A stretch of 63,392 nucleotides of DNA, counting the filler, from Conidiobolus incongruus B7586 (taxonomy: Eukaryota): the NCBI GenBank assembly GCA_000697335.1. It is 8 parts of 8 records of this genome, joined end to end, with 100 filler letters (N's around TTAATTAATTAA, not from the genome) between each part and the next. Parts side by side here need not be neighbours in the genome. Positions count along the whole stretch, not along the records: positions 39,537 to 48,340 come from JNEM01000141.1; positions 48,441 to 54,090 come from JNEM01000142.1; 6 more parts are not named here. One strand, written 5' to 3'. The position numbers were made by a program, and so were the translations under genes. The notes beneath the pieces are model-generated. The model saw only the letters and a list, made by a program, of their open reading frames with translations, had not been told where the DNA came from and made no database searches. How positions within the stretch are numbered: the stretch's first letter is position 1; every line of letters begins with the position of its first letter. This document shows positions 41,201-54,090 of this stretch, one piece after another.

Positions 41201-42212
41201 TGATCCACAAAAACTAGCTAAAATTCTCACAATTACATAATAAGTGAAAATAATAAAGGAATATTGCCTATATTCTTGATCAATGAAACTAGATTTGTTA
41301 AAATCTTAAATTATTAGTTGAAAGTATCTTAGTATTTATAGCTTGAATTAATGTAATAGGACAATTGAAATGAATTTTTTGATATTTAACAGTTATTAGT
41401 TTAAAAATAATTTAAGGGATTTGTTAAATGCCATAATAATCTAGTTTTCAATATTTTTTTTATATTTAAATAAAATATTCAATTGATCGTTGATTGGGTC
41501 AAGTTTATGGGTAATATTTATTTTCTAACAATATGAAAAGATGATTGATAATTTAAGCTTATTTTCTAAGTGTTATTAAAACCATTTGTTGTTATTTTCA
41601 ATGTTTTTGTTTCAATTATTAGTCAGAAACTAAAAGAATTTTAACTAAAATTGCTAGTTTAAAAAAATATCTTTTAAAAAGCTGAATTGATCAGTGCCCT
41701 TATTGCAGTATTAATAAATCAAAAATCTCATATAAAAATAAGTTTCGATTTGTATTAAGATTAGGAATAGTGCCCAACCTAATTTAGTTTCAATTTAACA
41801 GTAATAGCGATTTGATGTAATGAAAGACTTAAATTGTATATATTCTCAACTTTTGATACTGCCACCCTTAGCTCCAAGTTTTCATCGGAGATTTAAAGCT
41901 TATTCAAACTACTTTAGAAATAATTCACAATATTTGAACCTATTGGATTGAGTGGTTGTTGTGATTATTATGCATCAAATTTGTATCCTTGTTTTTCCAG
42001 TAAATATCGAAATATTAAATATCAGGATGGAATTTTGTGTTCAATTAAAGAAATTATTGAAAACCTTCCAAATTCTCACAAGAAAGAGGTGTGGAGAGTG
42101 TTTGGAGTATATAAGAATATCCAAGTACATCAGACTAGGTTTATCTTTTCGTTGCTTACCTGTTCCCTTCTTTTCTGGTCTTTAAGTCATCCTTTCCTAT
42201 TTTATATCCATC

Positions 42213-43127
42213 ATGCAATTCATTGCTCTTGTTTTTCTTGTCGCTGGCATTATTGCTCTTCCTCAAGCTCAGGAATACCAAGTTAAACTCCAGCTCCCTT
42301 TCAAAGGGATGACTTACTCTCCCTACAAACCCGGAAGATGTGCCTCAGCTCAAGAGGTAGCTTCTGAAATCAAAAACCTTGCTCAATATACAAATGAGAT
42401 CAGATTATACGGCGCTGATTGTGATCAAGTTGAAAATGTCTTAAACGCCATCACCTCCCAAAACCTTCCCATGCAGGTCATGTTGGGTGCTTGGACTCGT
42501 GGTGGCGATGCTCGTTTCCAAACCGAATTGGCCAATATTCAAAAAGCCTTGAGCAACCCTGAATATCGCTCCAAGATCACTCGCGTCTCCATTGGTAACG
42601 AAGATCTTTCTAATGGTGTCGCTGAAGGTACTTTAATCGCTCAGATCCAACAAGCTAAGGGTCAACTTGCTCAATTCAATGTTCCCATTGGCACTGTTGA
42701 AATTGGAGCCAAACTCTCCCCCAACCTTGCTGAATGCAGTGATTACTTAGGTGTCAACATTCAACCCTACTTCAACCAAGCTCGTTCCGCTGCTGTCGCC
42801 GTTCAAGATGCCATCCAACCTATCAATGACTATATGGGTGAAATTTCCGCCAAATTCCCCAATAAGGAATTACTCATCACCGAAATTGGTTTCCCCTCAG
42901 CTGGTCAAGCTTCTCACGACTATGGTGTTGCTTCCACTGACTCTCAATTCGAATTCTTAAAGGGAGTCCGTTGTCAAGTCAACAAATGGCAATACTTTGC
43001 TTTTGAAGCTTACGATGCCACTTTCAAGAACGATTACAGTTATGGTGGTGTCGAACAAAACTTTGGTATTCTCAACGCTAACGGCCAACTCAAATCTGGT
43101 TCTGTCGCCAACCTCCTCCAATGCTAA
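42213..43127 (+). CDS. Secreted glycoside hydrolase family 17 beta-1,3-glucanase/glucanosyltransferase
   Basis: Signal peptide. Motifs IRLYGADC, VSIGNE (acid/base Glu), ITEIGFPSAG (nucleophile Glu), FAFEAYD and EQNFGI. TATATAAG at ~42109. Strong codon bias. Confidence 0.95.
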   Translation: MQFIALVFLVAGIIALPQAQEYQVKLQLPFKGMTYSPYKPGRCASAQEVASEIKNLAQYTNEIRLYGADCDQVENVLNAITSQNLPMQVMLGAWTRGGDARFQTELANIQKALSNPEYRSKITRVSIGNEDLSNGVAEGTLIAQIQQAKGQLAQFNVPIGTVEIGAKLSPNLAECSDYLGVNIQPYFNQARSAAVAVQDAIQPINDYMGEISAKFPNKELLITEIGFPSAGQASHDYGVASTDSQFEFLKGVRCQVNKWQYFAFEAYDATFKNDYSYGGVEQNFGILNANGQLKSGSVANLLQC

Positions 43128-45650
43128 TTCTGCATTTTATGACGCCATCACCATCCCATCATCATCACCGTCCTTAATTTATTCGATGTGAACTAAAAGC
43201 TTACATCTTTAAAATCCTTATAATAATAGTAATAATAATAAAAATCCACCGAATTTTTGTTTCAACTTCTTTGAAAATGACAACGTCAAGTTGGATATTA
43301 CTGTAAATATTAATTAAATGATCAATTTGTATTAACCAAACACCACTCAATCGCATGTTCTTTTAATATTTCAAATTATATACATATAAAATTGTTTTAA
43401 CTTCACAATCATTTGGATCCAAAAAGATTTTTAATTTTTGCCTATGAGATGCTAGGGTTGGTACAGCACGTCAAAATTGAATCAAGTTTCATTGTTGAAT
43501 TAGGTGATTTCGAGTGACACGTATCCATTCCAAGGGAGTTAGTGTAAGTCTCGCAATTATTGGTGTTTGATGAAGTTTTGGCAATTTATTGAAGATCCTT
43601 GATTTGTTGTGGATAGCTTTGTGATCCTTTAAAGATTGTACAGATAGTTGGAACTAAGATATAAGCAATTTTGTTATTCTGTTCATTTCAAAGCTCAAAC
43701 ATTTTATTTAAATAATTAAATATTTTTGCTTCCATTTCGAAGACTGAAATATCTTACATCAATTAATTATACCAAGAATTTCAAAAGCCTCATTTTTATA
43801 GGAACAATCCCGTATGATTATTAACCAATTATACTTGCATAAAGTATTTTAATTGGTCCAGAATTAAAATTAATTATTTAATTTGGATATATAAACTCAT
43901 AAGATTATTTCTCAAAACCGATTCAAATCAATACAATTGAAACAAAAAATTATTTAGTCGGTATTATTATGAATAATTTAGAATGTATAAAAATATTAAA
44001 GATTTTGACATATATCATTAAAAACTAATGTTAGCATATTCTAAGGTAAAAATCGTTTAGATTAAATTAAATTCTCTAGCACCTTTACAATTTTCAGTAA
44101 ATTTCCAAAAGTGCCCACTCAACTTTGAAATGGACAATTCATTCTCACTCTTGAAGTAATTTTGAAATAGATTTGAGTTCGGATATAGACGTTGAGGGTA
44201 TTAATTGCAATTATTGTAGATTAACTTTCTTTTTATTTGTACTAATATAAATTATTTTAAAATAATTATTATTTTTAATTTATATTATATACCAAAGATG
44301 AAGAACTGATATTAATTGTGTTAAGAGATTTAGAGAACTCTACTGACCAATTGAATATATTAATTAGATACTAATTATTATTACTAATGACTGATTAAAT
44401 ATTTAATATCTAATCATCTTTAGATAAAGTTTATATAAAAATTGAAAAATGAAAAATTCCAAGATTGATCCGAAGTTTATTAAATAAATAACTGAATGGG
44501 AATTTAAAAAGATTAAAATAGAATGATTTTAAGTTTATCGCAAATATTTAGAGTATATTTATTTTTGAATTTTACTCCTATCATTTTTATCAAGCTCAAG
44601 AAATAAATATGATTGCTATTTTTCAATATATTCATCTTTTGTAACATTTTTAGTAAAAAATATTCTTTTTTAGGTAATATTTTTAATGAATTCTATACAT
44701 AATAAAATCTCAAATCAAAGATATATTATTAGACATATCATTATTACCCTAGAGGAATTTTAATATATATTAACTAAATACGGTAGTCATCATTGATAAA
44801 TGGGTCTAAAAGGTGTTGGTATATATTAACACTATCCAGAATGTGAATCCAACCCTCCCCCCAGTAAGAATTATTTTAAAATGTTGGCATCTTTATTATC
44901 TTATTTAATGCCATACTTTTTATTGATACAGCTAGTGCTTGATTTTAACGAGGTTGTATCATTAATAATTCAGTAAGATGATTGTTTAATAATCGATATA
45001 ATTGAAAGAATGATTTAATTATTTATTCTTATTGAAATATAGTATTTACAAAGGATAAAATTCAAATGAATACCTAATTTAAAGTATTAATAAGCAAAAT
45101 GAGAATTTCCTTTTATAATTACTTTGATAAAGAAACCACTAATATATTTTTAGCAAGTATATTAAATAATCATATAAAAATGAATAATAGAAACAACTAT
45201 GGTATTACAATTCTAGTTAATGAGCTTTTAATTATTTTTATAAAATGAATAATTAGATTAATTTAAACTATTTATTAAAGGTGAAATATTTTTCGTCAGT
45301 TGATAATTGAAAAAAATTTGTATTTATTTTAATCTATTTCTATATTTTTAATTAATAATTTCAATTATGAAGTGTCATTATTTCGATATATTGATAAATA
45401 TCAACCAAGCATTAAAAATTGATATATATTAAAGTATTTAATGAATATATATATATATATTAAATATAATAAAGAGAAAATTAGAGAAACAAGAATTAAG
45501 AATATATTAGGGGTAATAGAGTAATTGAGATAGAATAAGGAGTATAATTTTGAAAAAAAATAAAAAATAATGGAATATAAAAAAAATTTAAAGAGAGAAA
45601 GAGAATATATCAAAAGACATATTTATAAATATAACGAATGAATTTATTAT

Positions 45651-45657
45651 GCTGCTT

Positions 45658-45700
<43 letters not shown>

Positions 45701-45723
45701 GTGTTCAATCCACGGTGGCGGCA
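45651..45723 (+). tRNA. trnF: tRNA-Phe(GAA), intronless
   Basis: Cloverleaf with D arm GCTCAGTTGGGAGAGC, anticodon arm TCAGA-CTGAAGA-TCTGA and T arm CCGTG-TTCAATC-CACGG. T-run downstream. Confidence 0.95.
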
Positions 45724-46277
45724 TAGTCCATTTAATTTTAACTTTTTCCTTTTTTCAACTATATTTGTTTATTTTAATAATTTTTCACTTTATTTGCTTT
45801 TATCAATTTCATAACATATTAATATTCCAATTTATTGAATTCATGAGCTTTGAATTATTCTATTTAATATTTTTTATTTGATCTTATAATATTTTTCCAT
45901 ATAATTTGTTTATCATATATTATCATAATTCAATTTTTGAATATTTTATCAAAATTGCTATTCTAAATCTTTAATATTAATATATGTTAGATACAAAATT
46001 AAATTTAATGATCATAATATTAATAACATCAACTTAATACTATAATTTTTAATGAAAAATATGTTTAAATATTGATTATAGAATATTTCATTATGACATG
46101 TACTCATAATTTTAAACATTTGATTATAATAAAATCAAACAGAATTCTCCCAATCTCAAATATATTATTTTATCAATAAATTAGTATTAACTTCATTTGA
46201 TTCTATTTCGAAAAATATAGGTAAATAGATATTGCAATTAATAATATAAAAAAAATGTCAAAGTTAAGAATCCAATA

Positions 46278-47870
46278 ATGAAAAGATTACTATTTAATCC
46301 ACATGTTTTGAACAAAATTCAAATATATCATAGACAACCCATACAACTTGCCAAAATTCCTTGAATAAAAACTATTCTTCCAATACTTCAAATGTACCTC
46401 ACTGTTTAGGTTGTGGAGCTCCATTTCAATCAGAAAGCTCCAGACGACTAGATTATCCACCGCAAGTCACAAATGCTACGACGAGGGTCAATTCCTATGA
46501 ATTATCAAATCCTCAAAAACAGTTTTGGAGTGAGTACGAAGCTCTATTACATACCTTGGACCCCGAATTAAAATGCCATTTTCATATTAATTTTTATAAG
46601 ATGCTACGTACAGAGTCTCAATTGAATTAGGAGATTAAGAGAAGTAAACAGACAATGTGCCAGAAATGTTTCCATTTGATTAGGTTTAGTTCGATGAGTA
46701 CGGATTGGGAGACGAATACTAAAGAGACTATTGAATCACTCAAATTTTTGAAGGATCAACCGAGATATGTAATTGTGACGGCTGTGAATATTTTGGATTT
46801 AGAAAATACTCTGATTAGGGTTTTGATAAAGGCTTTAGATGGTAGAAAATTCATGTTGGCATGTAATAAGTAGGACTAATTGCCAGATGCAGTTAATAAT
46901 ACTCAAACGTTAGACTATATTTATATGACTTTGAATCAATTTGCATTGGAGTATGTCCTCAATGTGCATTTGATTAGTGCTAAATATAAAACTTATACAA
47001 GTGTTCTCTTTAGCAATTTGCAGAAGTAAACAAAAAGTCAATCTGATATCCATCTTATTGGATATACCAACGTTGGTAAGAGTCAACCTATAAATTAGCT
47101 GTTACATTCTTAAGTTCATAAAAAATCCAAGCTTACTACTTCTTTAATTCCTGGTACAACAATGAAGTTATTTGTGATACCTGGAAGTCAGATCCATCTA
47201 GATTTTGGTTTTCCCAACAGTCGTCAATACCATGTATTCGATACACTTGGAATTCGCAATGATAGATTCACCCTTCATCATTTGACATATCCTGAAATAA
47301 TTGCTTGCTCTCCTAGGGAAGATGATTTGAAAGTATGTACCAGCCAATTCTTACCTCAAAGAACTTTTCTTAGGTAGTCTTCTACGTCTTGACAGTGTAG
47401 GTAATGAACCATTAGTAGTCAGTAACTTCACAAAGATCCCTTTTCACCGTACTAATCTCATCAGCGCCCAAAAAATATCACAAATAAGGAGCATGGGACT
47501 CCCTAGCGATGTATTATATTCACCTTACTTCGAATACGGTCCTCGCATCACAGAAGCACGCATATCCAAACTGTAAAAAGCAGGTCCTCTAAATATCATT
47601 AAATCTGAGTCCGAGCCTGAACACTGCATTGACATCATTTTATCAGGCATTGGGCTGGTTAAGTATCAGCACAAAGCTCATGAGCAGCAAAGAGATGGAA
47701 ATCGTGCATTACACTTTGAATGGGGAATTTCTACAAATGCCATTAGCAATGATCCCCAACCTATCTGGAAAGTCCACCAGATCCAAAATTTATCTGAAGG
47801 TAAATCTAAAATGGATGAAAAGATGTATACTGGACAAAAAATTAAATATAACTGATACAATTGATTATAA
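46278..47870 (+). pseudogene. Circularly permuted YqeH/Gep3/NOA1-family GTPase pseudogene
   Basis: CLGCGAPFQ...CQKCFHL zinc motif, then G4 NK*D, G5 ISAK, G1 GYTNVGKS, G2 PGTT and G3 DTLG in permuted order. At least six in-frame TAA/TAG codons plus frameshifts. Confidence 0.88.
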
Positions 47871-49796
47871 TATTTTCTTTTATTTTAATGTAATACTTTG
47901 AATATTGAATATTAATTATTAATTATTATTTTAATATATAATAAATAAAAATAATGATATAATATAAATTTGATAGTTTCTTTTATTATTAATAACTTTT
48001 TAATATATTATTAATAAACTTCTATTATTTAATAATTTGTTTTTTTATTAAAGGCTAAAATTTGATATTTTACAAATTAATTAAATTTTTTTTTGCAAAT
48101 TTTCTTTTTTTATAAGTTGGTTTTTTAATTATCTAAAGCAATTATAATTAAATAATATTTAATTAAAAAAATATATTAGATATGGTAGTTTTTTTATTTA
48201 TTTTGAATTAGAAATTTTTTTTAGCTATAAATATATATATTTTTTATTTATCATATAATATAATAGGTTTTTTAAATTATATTAATAATATTATTTAGAA
48301 ATAATTATATTTAAATAAATAATATTCAATTTATTATTAANNNNNNNNNNNNNNNNNNNNNNNNNNNNNNNNNNNNNNNNNNNNTTAATTAATTAANNNN
48401 NNNNNNNNNNNNNNNNNNNNNNNNNNNNNNNNNNNNNNNNATTAAATATATATATATATATATATATCCTTTAATTAATAAAATATTTGTAATATCAAAA
48501 ATTAAAAATATTTTTTTATTTTTTAATTCCAAAATAACATCAAATAATTTATTTAAATTATAAATTGACATGATATTTATATTCAATAAAATATAATTAT
48601 ATCAATATAAATCAAAATTTTTATATTTTTTAAATTTTTAATTTTTGAAAAAAATATATTATTATCTAATAAATTATTATGATATTTTGAATATTTTTAA
48701 GTTATAATATCAAAATACAAAGATGTTAAAATGAAATAATAAATGAAATGGTATTTATAAGATAAAATATTAGAATAGTAAAAATATAACTTTTATCAAA
48801 ATTATTAAATGTATATAAAAAATTTATATAATTAAATATATTATTTCCATATTAAGATTATTTTTAAGATATTTAAGGAAAGAGTTAATTATAAATAAAA
48901 TAATTGAATTGATTAATATATTTATTGATAGGGAATAATCTTATCCATTACTCAAAAAACTCTAATTATTACACTAATATAAGAAGTCATATTAGAAGTA
49001 TCTTATTTTATAAATTAGTTTAACTTAATATTTTCCATCTGAAATTTTCTATAGATATCTAAACTCAACAATTGAAATTATTATAAGATTATCACAAGCC
49101 AATCAATAAACTTATCTTTCTATCTTTATTTTCAAAAATATCCAGTCTTTAAGTTTTTCTCATAATATTCATAAAAATATTAAGTTATGACAAATATGAG
49201 ATATTTAATTTATTCAAAAAACTTGATTTATAGTAAGCTATTTTCATTTAATTTGGTGAACCCCCTTAATTTCCCTTAACTTTCTGGTAATCTATCATTT
49301 ACCACTGGTGATTCCCCATTTAAGCTCTAAAAGACTATTTCATCCTATATTTACAGCTGTTATTATCAATTTATAGTTCTATTCCTATGTCAAAATAAAA
49401 AATAATCAATAAAAATATATATCTCAAAGGAATAGATTTCATTATTATCAAATAATCAAATATAATAAAATTATTTTCAAATATTTATTTTAATATATAC
49501 CATTCTTAAAAAATATGTATGATATTATCATTTATATGTGTTTGACTTAAATTTTTAATAATAGTCACAATCAAAATTATAATTTCAATTTGAGATATCT
49601 ACAAATGTATAATAAAAATATTATTTCATATATTCGTTTTTTAACAAGTTATTTAAATATATTTCAAGGATAAAATAAAGTTTTTGATTTTTATGTTTAA
49701 AATTTATTCAATAAAAATTTAAAATCAAAATGCTCAAGAATTGTGAAAGAGTTCAAATATAAAAATTTGAATTAATATTATATTAAAATATCATTA

Positions 49797-50706
49797 TTAA
49801 AAACCAAATGGTGCTCCGCTTTTTTCTTCTCCTTTTTGGCATGGTTCCAAGCTAAGGGAAAATATATCTTCTGGATGAGGATTTGGAGGTACTAAATCCC
49901 CAAAGCGGCAGTCTCCCACCTTGTTAGAACCCCAATACTTACATTTTTGCTGCCCTGGGTATGTAATATCTCCACCAATAAATTCAGCTGAAGGTAATGA
50001 GTAGCTCAAGTCATTACCACCGTTGACTTTGATATCCACACAATTGTAATACTAATGATATTATATTAATAAATATTAATATTATTTGAATTAGACTTTA
50101 CCTCTCCGAAAGATGTATCTTCCTGACCATAGTAAATTCCACCTCCAAACCAGACCCATTGAATCGTGGCCTCCCCATCTGGTAAATAATCTGGTACAGT
50201 AAAACTAGTGGTGCAATTAGAAGTTCCTGGACCATTATTTTTTCCCCAGCGAGAGTCTGGATGATCTGGACCACAGTTTGCTTCATAGCAGACATATTTT
50301 AAAACGTGTGAATCAAAAGCTCCCCAACTGTCTGATTCATCAAATGGAACAGCTGCAAGTCTAACAAATCCACCTGGATCTAAAGTAAAATAAATTTTTT
50401 TAAGTCATATTGAATATGGTGTTTTGACTGCTTACGATTTGCTCGGGGCCAAATAAACTGTAGTCTATCTCCTCTCTTCACTGTAATATCCCTTGTGAAC
50501 GGATGTCTAACTTTAGAGTACGATCTAGGAGAATCGCATGGGCCTTTGCAGCCCTCTCCTGCAGAACAGGCTGCCAAATTATATATATTTCCCCTTGGTG
50601 GTGGGGATAACAGCCAACTATGGCAGTCAGCTTGATTAATTGCAATGAATAATAAAGCTAAAAAAATTATTCTATATTGAAAAAAGTTTAAAATATTGAA
50701 AACCAT
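49797..50706 (-). CDS. Secreted His-brace LPMO-like protein (family unresolved), 3 exons, 267 aa
   Basis: Introns 50435-50380 and 50101-50052 give an open frame: signal peptide, then HSWLLSPPPRG...WPRANHPGGFVRLA...TIQWVWFGG...EYYNCVDIKV, then a Cys-containing tail. Confidence 0.85.
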
Positions 50707-52954
50707 TATATTAATGAAAAAACATGATAAATTAGTATTTAATTGAATCTTTTATAACTATATTTAAGTTACATTATATTAATAGTTTATTATAGCACGA
50801 TGATGAACCTGTGGGGGATTTTACCTTAAACATTATTCAAATTTATTTTTCAAACAATTAAATAGATTACACTGAAATAAAATTGGGGTTAAAAATGACG
50901 ATTGTAATATGATTAAATACTTAAAATGGTAAAAGAATTGTTTTAGTAGAATGAAGTTAAAAACTTAAAATAGGATTGGGTTGTTTCTACTTTGATTTAT
51001 CACAATATATTAGTATACATTGACTAATTGGATATATTTTGTAACAAATTTCTTAGACTAAAGTTTAAACATTAATTAATAGAAAAATTCCAATTGTTCA
51101 TATTAGCTCCTAATATATATTATGAATAGTCACTTATTTAATAATCAAGCTCCATAAAGATATATTCAGTGTAAATATGCAAAGAACAATCTAATATTGA
51201 TATACGAGAAATTGGAAAATTAATGTTATAACCTTTGAAACGGATTAAAAATAGCTTTAGATTTATAAGTAAAATATATTTTGAATCAATTATTTACCAA
51301 ACATTTAATTGAGTAATAATAAATAAAAGAATATATTATAATAATTATGATTACTGAACAAAATTGACATCTCATTTTTCTGGATTATAATTATTATAGA
51401 TTCTTAGAATGAAATTTAATTTAAAAAAATAAAAGTTATATTTTCATAACAAAATTATTTCAAAAATTCTATATATATTTAAACACAGCCTCTAGTCACT
51501 AACTATAACTAATCAATATTATAATGTTAATCATCAAACCTTCAAATGAATATTAATTATTATCTTATACTTTCTAAGATAAATATTATCAAACTATTCA
51601 TTCGAGTTTAATAAATTTGAGTAACTAAACAAATACCATTATAGATATATATTATATAATTTACTAATAAACATAAAATTTTGCAACATTTATTAGAAAA
51701 AGTTTATTGTTGCCATTGAGGCATTTACACAAATTTCACGGAATATTATATTGAGATATAAATTAATTGTTGTTTTTGAATTTAACAATAAATAGTTTTA
51801 AATTACTTTATTTTTTCTATAATATAATCCTTGATATAGTTTGTATTTTATAAACAGTAATGGTCAAAATATTTAATTGTAATGATTTTGAATAATTGAA
51901 TTGTAGTTTTGATAAGACACAATTATTTAAAATAGTCATGTATTGTTTTACAACTATATTTCATGATTTTATAAAAGCAAGGTATATTAAGGATCAGTAT
52001 TTAGTAGATATAATTTCCGTTAAATTTTACATATCAGAGTTAATTGGAATATATGTAAATATTTAATTTATATAAGCCTAACACAATATTTGGAAATTTT
52101 TAAATTGCTTTACTATGAATTTTTATCTAATAATATTCGAATTTCAGTTTAATTTTTGATGTTGATATAATAAAAAATGGATTATGATCATATTAAACAT
52201 ATAACCTAGATAATATATTATTGAAAATATACTAAATCAATTAATAACGTAGTATATTCAATCTATGATTCATATAATTCTTTACCTTTAATTTTATAAA
52301 ATATTATTTAATTGGTACTTAAACAGTTATTAATTTCAGATTGATGATTAACTTAAGCTAAATATTAAATTAATTGATATCAGATATTTTAATGTAAAAT
52401 TCAGAAATGAATATAGTAAATAATCAAAATATTTTTTGTATCAATTCAAATATATTTACTAAATAGTTTTATTAAAACTTAGGCTAAATTGATCCAACAG
52501 GATTATATCACATATATTCATATTTAACCTAAATTTACCAAGATTGAACACTGGTACAAATATAATGCATATACTCAAAGAAAATTATTTTATAATTAAT
52601 TAATTTTTTATAATAGTAAATAATAATTTAAAATTTTTAAACAACTATTATCTTAAACTACTAATATTTTATGTTATCAAATATAAAAAATTTAAAATCA
52701 ACTTTATTAATTCTCAATTTGATTCCAAACAAAATAATTAAAAATAATTGAATAAATAAAACTTGAAAAGATGACTCAATAGTTAATATGATTGGTCCGT
52801 ATTTTCGAGTTCACTAAATATTTGAAGGATGAGTGACTAGATTTTAAAATAGTGTGTTTTGTCATTTATTCATTAATCTCTATTTTGAATTCCAGCTGAG
52901 GTAAATTTAAATAATATCAATATAATAATATAATTAACTTGTAATTTTAGCACA

Positions 52955-54090
52955 ATGATTTCTACATCCTCTCCTTTGTGTGGTATTGCTAATTTACCTA
53001 ACCAGAGACATAAAATCGCTATTAAAAAGGGTATCAACTATACTATCTTGGTAGTTGGTAAATCTTTTGTTTGAATATACATTAAAAACTCTTAAAATTA
53101 ATTCTAATTAGGTCAATCTGGAACGGGAAAAACTACTTTTATCAATACTTTGTTAGCTACCTCCATTTCCAAAGGTGAAGATTATTCTAAACGTCACCGT
53201 ACTACCGATAAAACAACTCACATCACTTTGACTAAAGCTGGTAATTATTTAAATAGATCACATTCTAATCTAATTTAAATTTTAATTAACACTTTTTTCA
53301 ATTATTTTTTTTAGTTATTGAAGAAAATCTATTTAAAGTAAAACTCACCCTTGTTGATACTCCTGGGTTTGGAGATTACATTAACAATAATGAAACTTGG
53401 GTACCTATCATCGATTTTATCGATACTCAATATCAGAGCTACTTTTACCAAGAACAACAACCCGATCGCACTTTGTTAAATGATGTTAGAGTGAACGTTT
53501 GTTTATATTTTATTAGTCCCACTAGTCACGGTTTAAGTTTGTTGGATATCCAATCCATGAAGCAAATCGGATCAAGATGTAATTTGATCCCTATTATTGC
53601 CAAAGCTGACACCTTCTCCCCAAGAGATTTACAGGAATATAAGGATAGAATAAGACAAACTATTGCTGTCAATCAAATTCAAGTATTCACCCCTAATGTT
53701 GACCACTCTGACCCTATTGACTCTAAAATTGGATCTGAAATTTTGGTAACATTTAATTATTATTATACTTTAACTAAGATAAGTTATTAATTTATAATAG
53801 GACGCTATGCCATTTGCCGTTATCGGAAGTGAAGAAAATGTCAAGTTAGAAGATGGTACCCTAGTCAGAGGACGTCAGTATCCTTGGGGTGTTGTTCAAG
53901 GTACATTTACTATTTTACAGAATTTATCTTATAGCATTTATTCATTACGATATTAGTTGAAAATGACGCACACTGTGATTTCCGCAAATTAAGAAACTTG
54001 TTAATTAGGTAATATTGTAAACAATATATATTCAAGATTAATATTAAATATTGATTATATTAGAACTCACATGTTGGAATTAATTAACAC
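52955..54090 (+). CDS. CDC12: Septin, Cdc12/AspC group; 3' end lost in the gap
   Basis: [13 protein letters not shown]1 [10 protein letters not shown]3 DTPGFG, G4 AKAD and septin-unique element [17 protein letters not shown]. Introns ~53058-53111, 53241-53314, 53746-53800, 53901-53956, 54009-54063. Probable upstream intron 52901-52950. Confidence 0.92.

Noticed and set aside
45401..45881. Short hydrophobic ORFs near tRNA-Phe and similar ones in AT-rich DNA (e.g. 21887, 31963, 35731, 48389, 57601)
   Set aside because: Low-complexity F/I/L/N/K composition, often non-ATG starts; one overlaps the tRNA and one spans an N gap.
46628..47115. UAA/UAG reassignment (alternative genetic code) explaining the GTPase stops
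   Set aside because: Intact genes in the window end in TAA and lack internal TAR codons. The stops in NK*D*LP replace normally hydrophobic residues, and frameshifts are also present.
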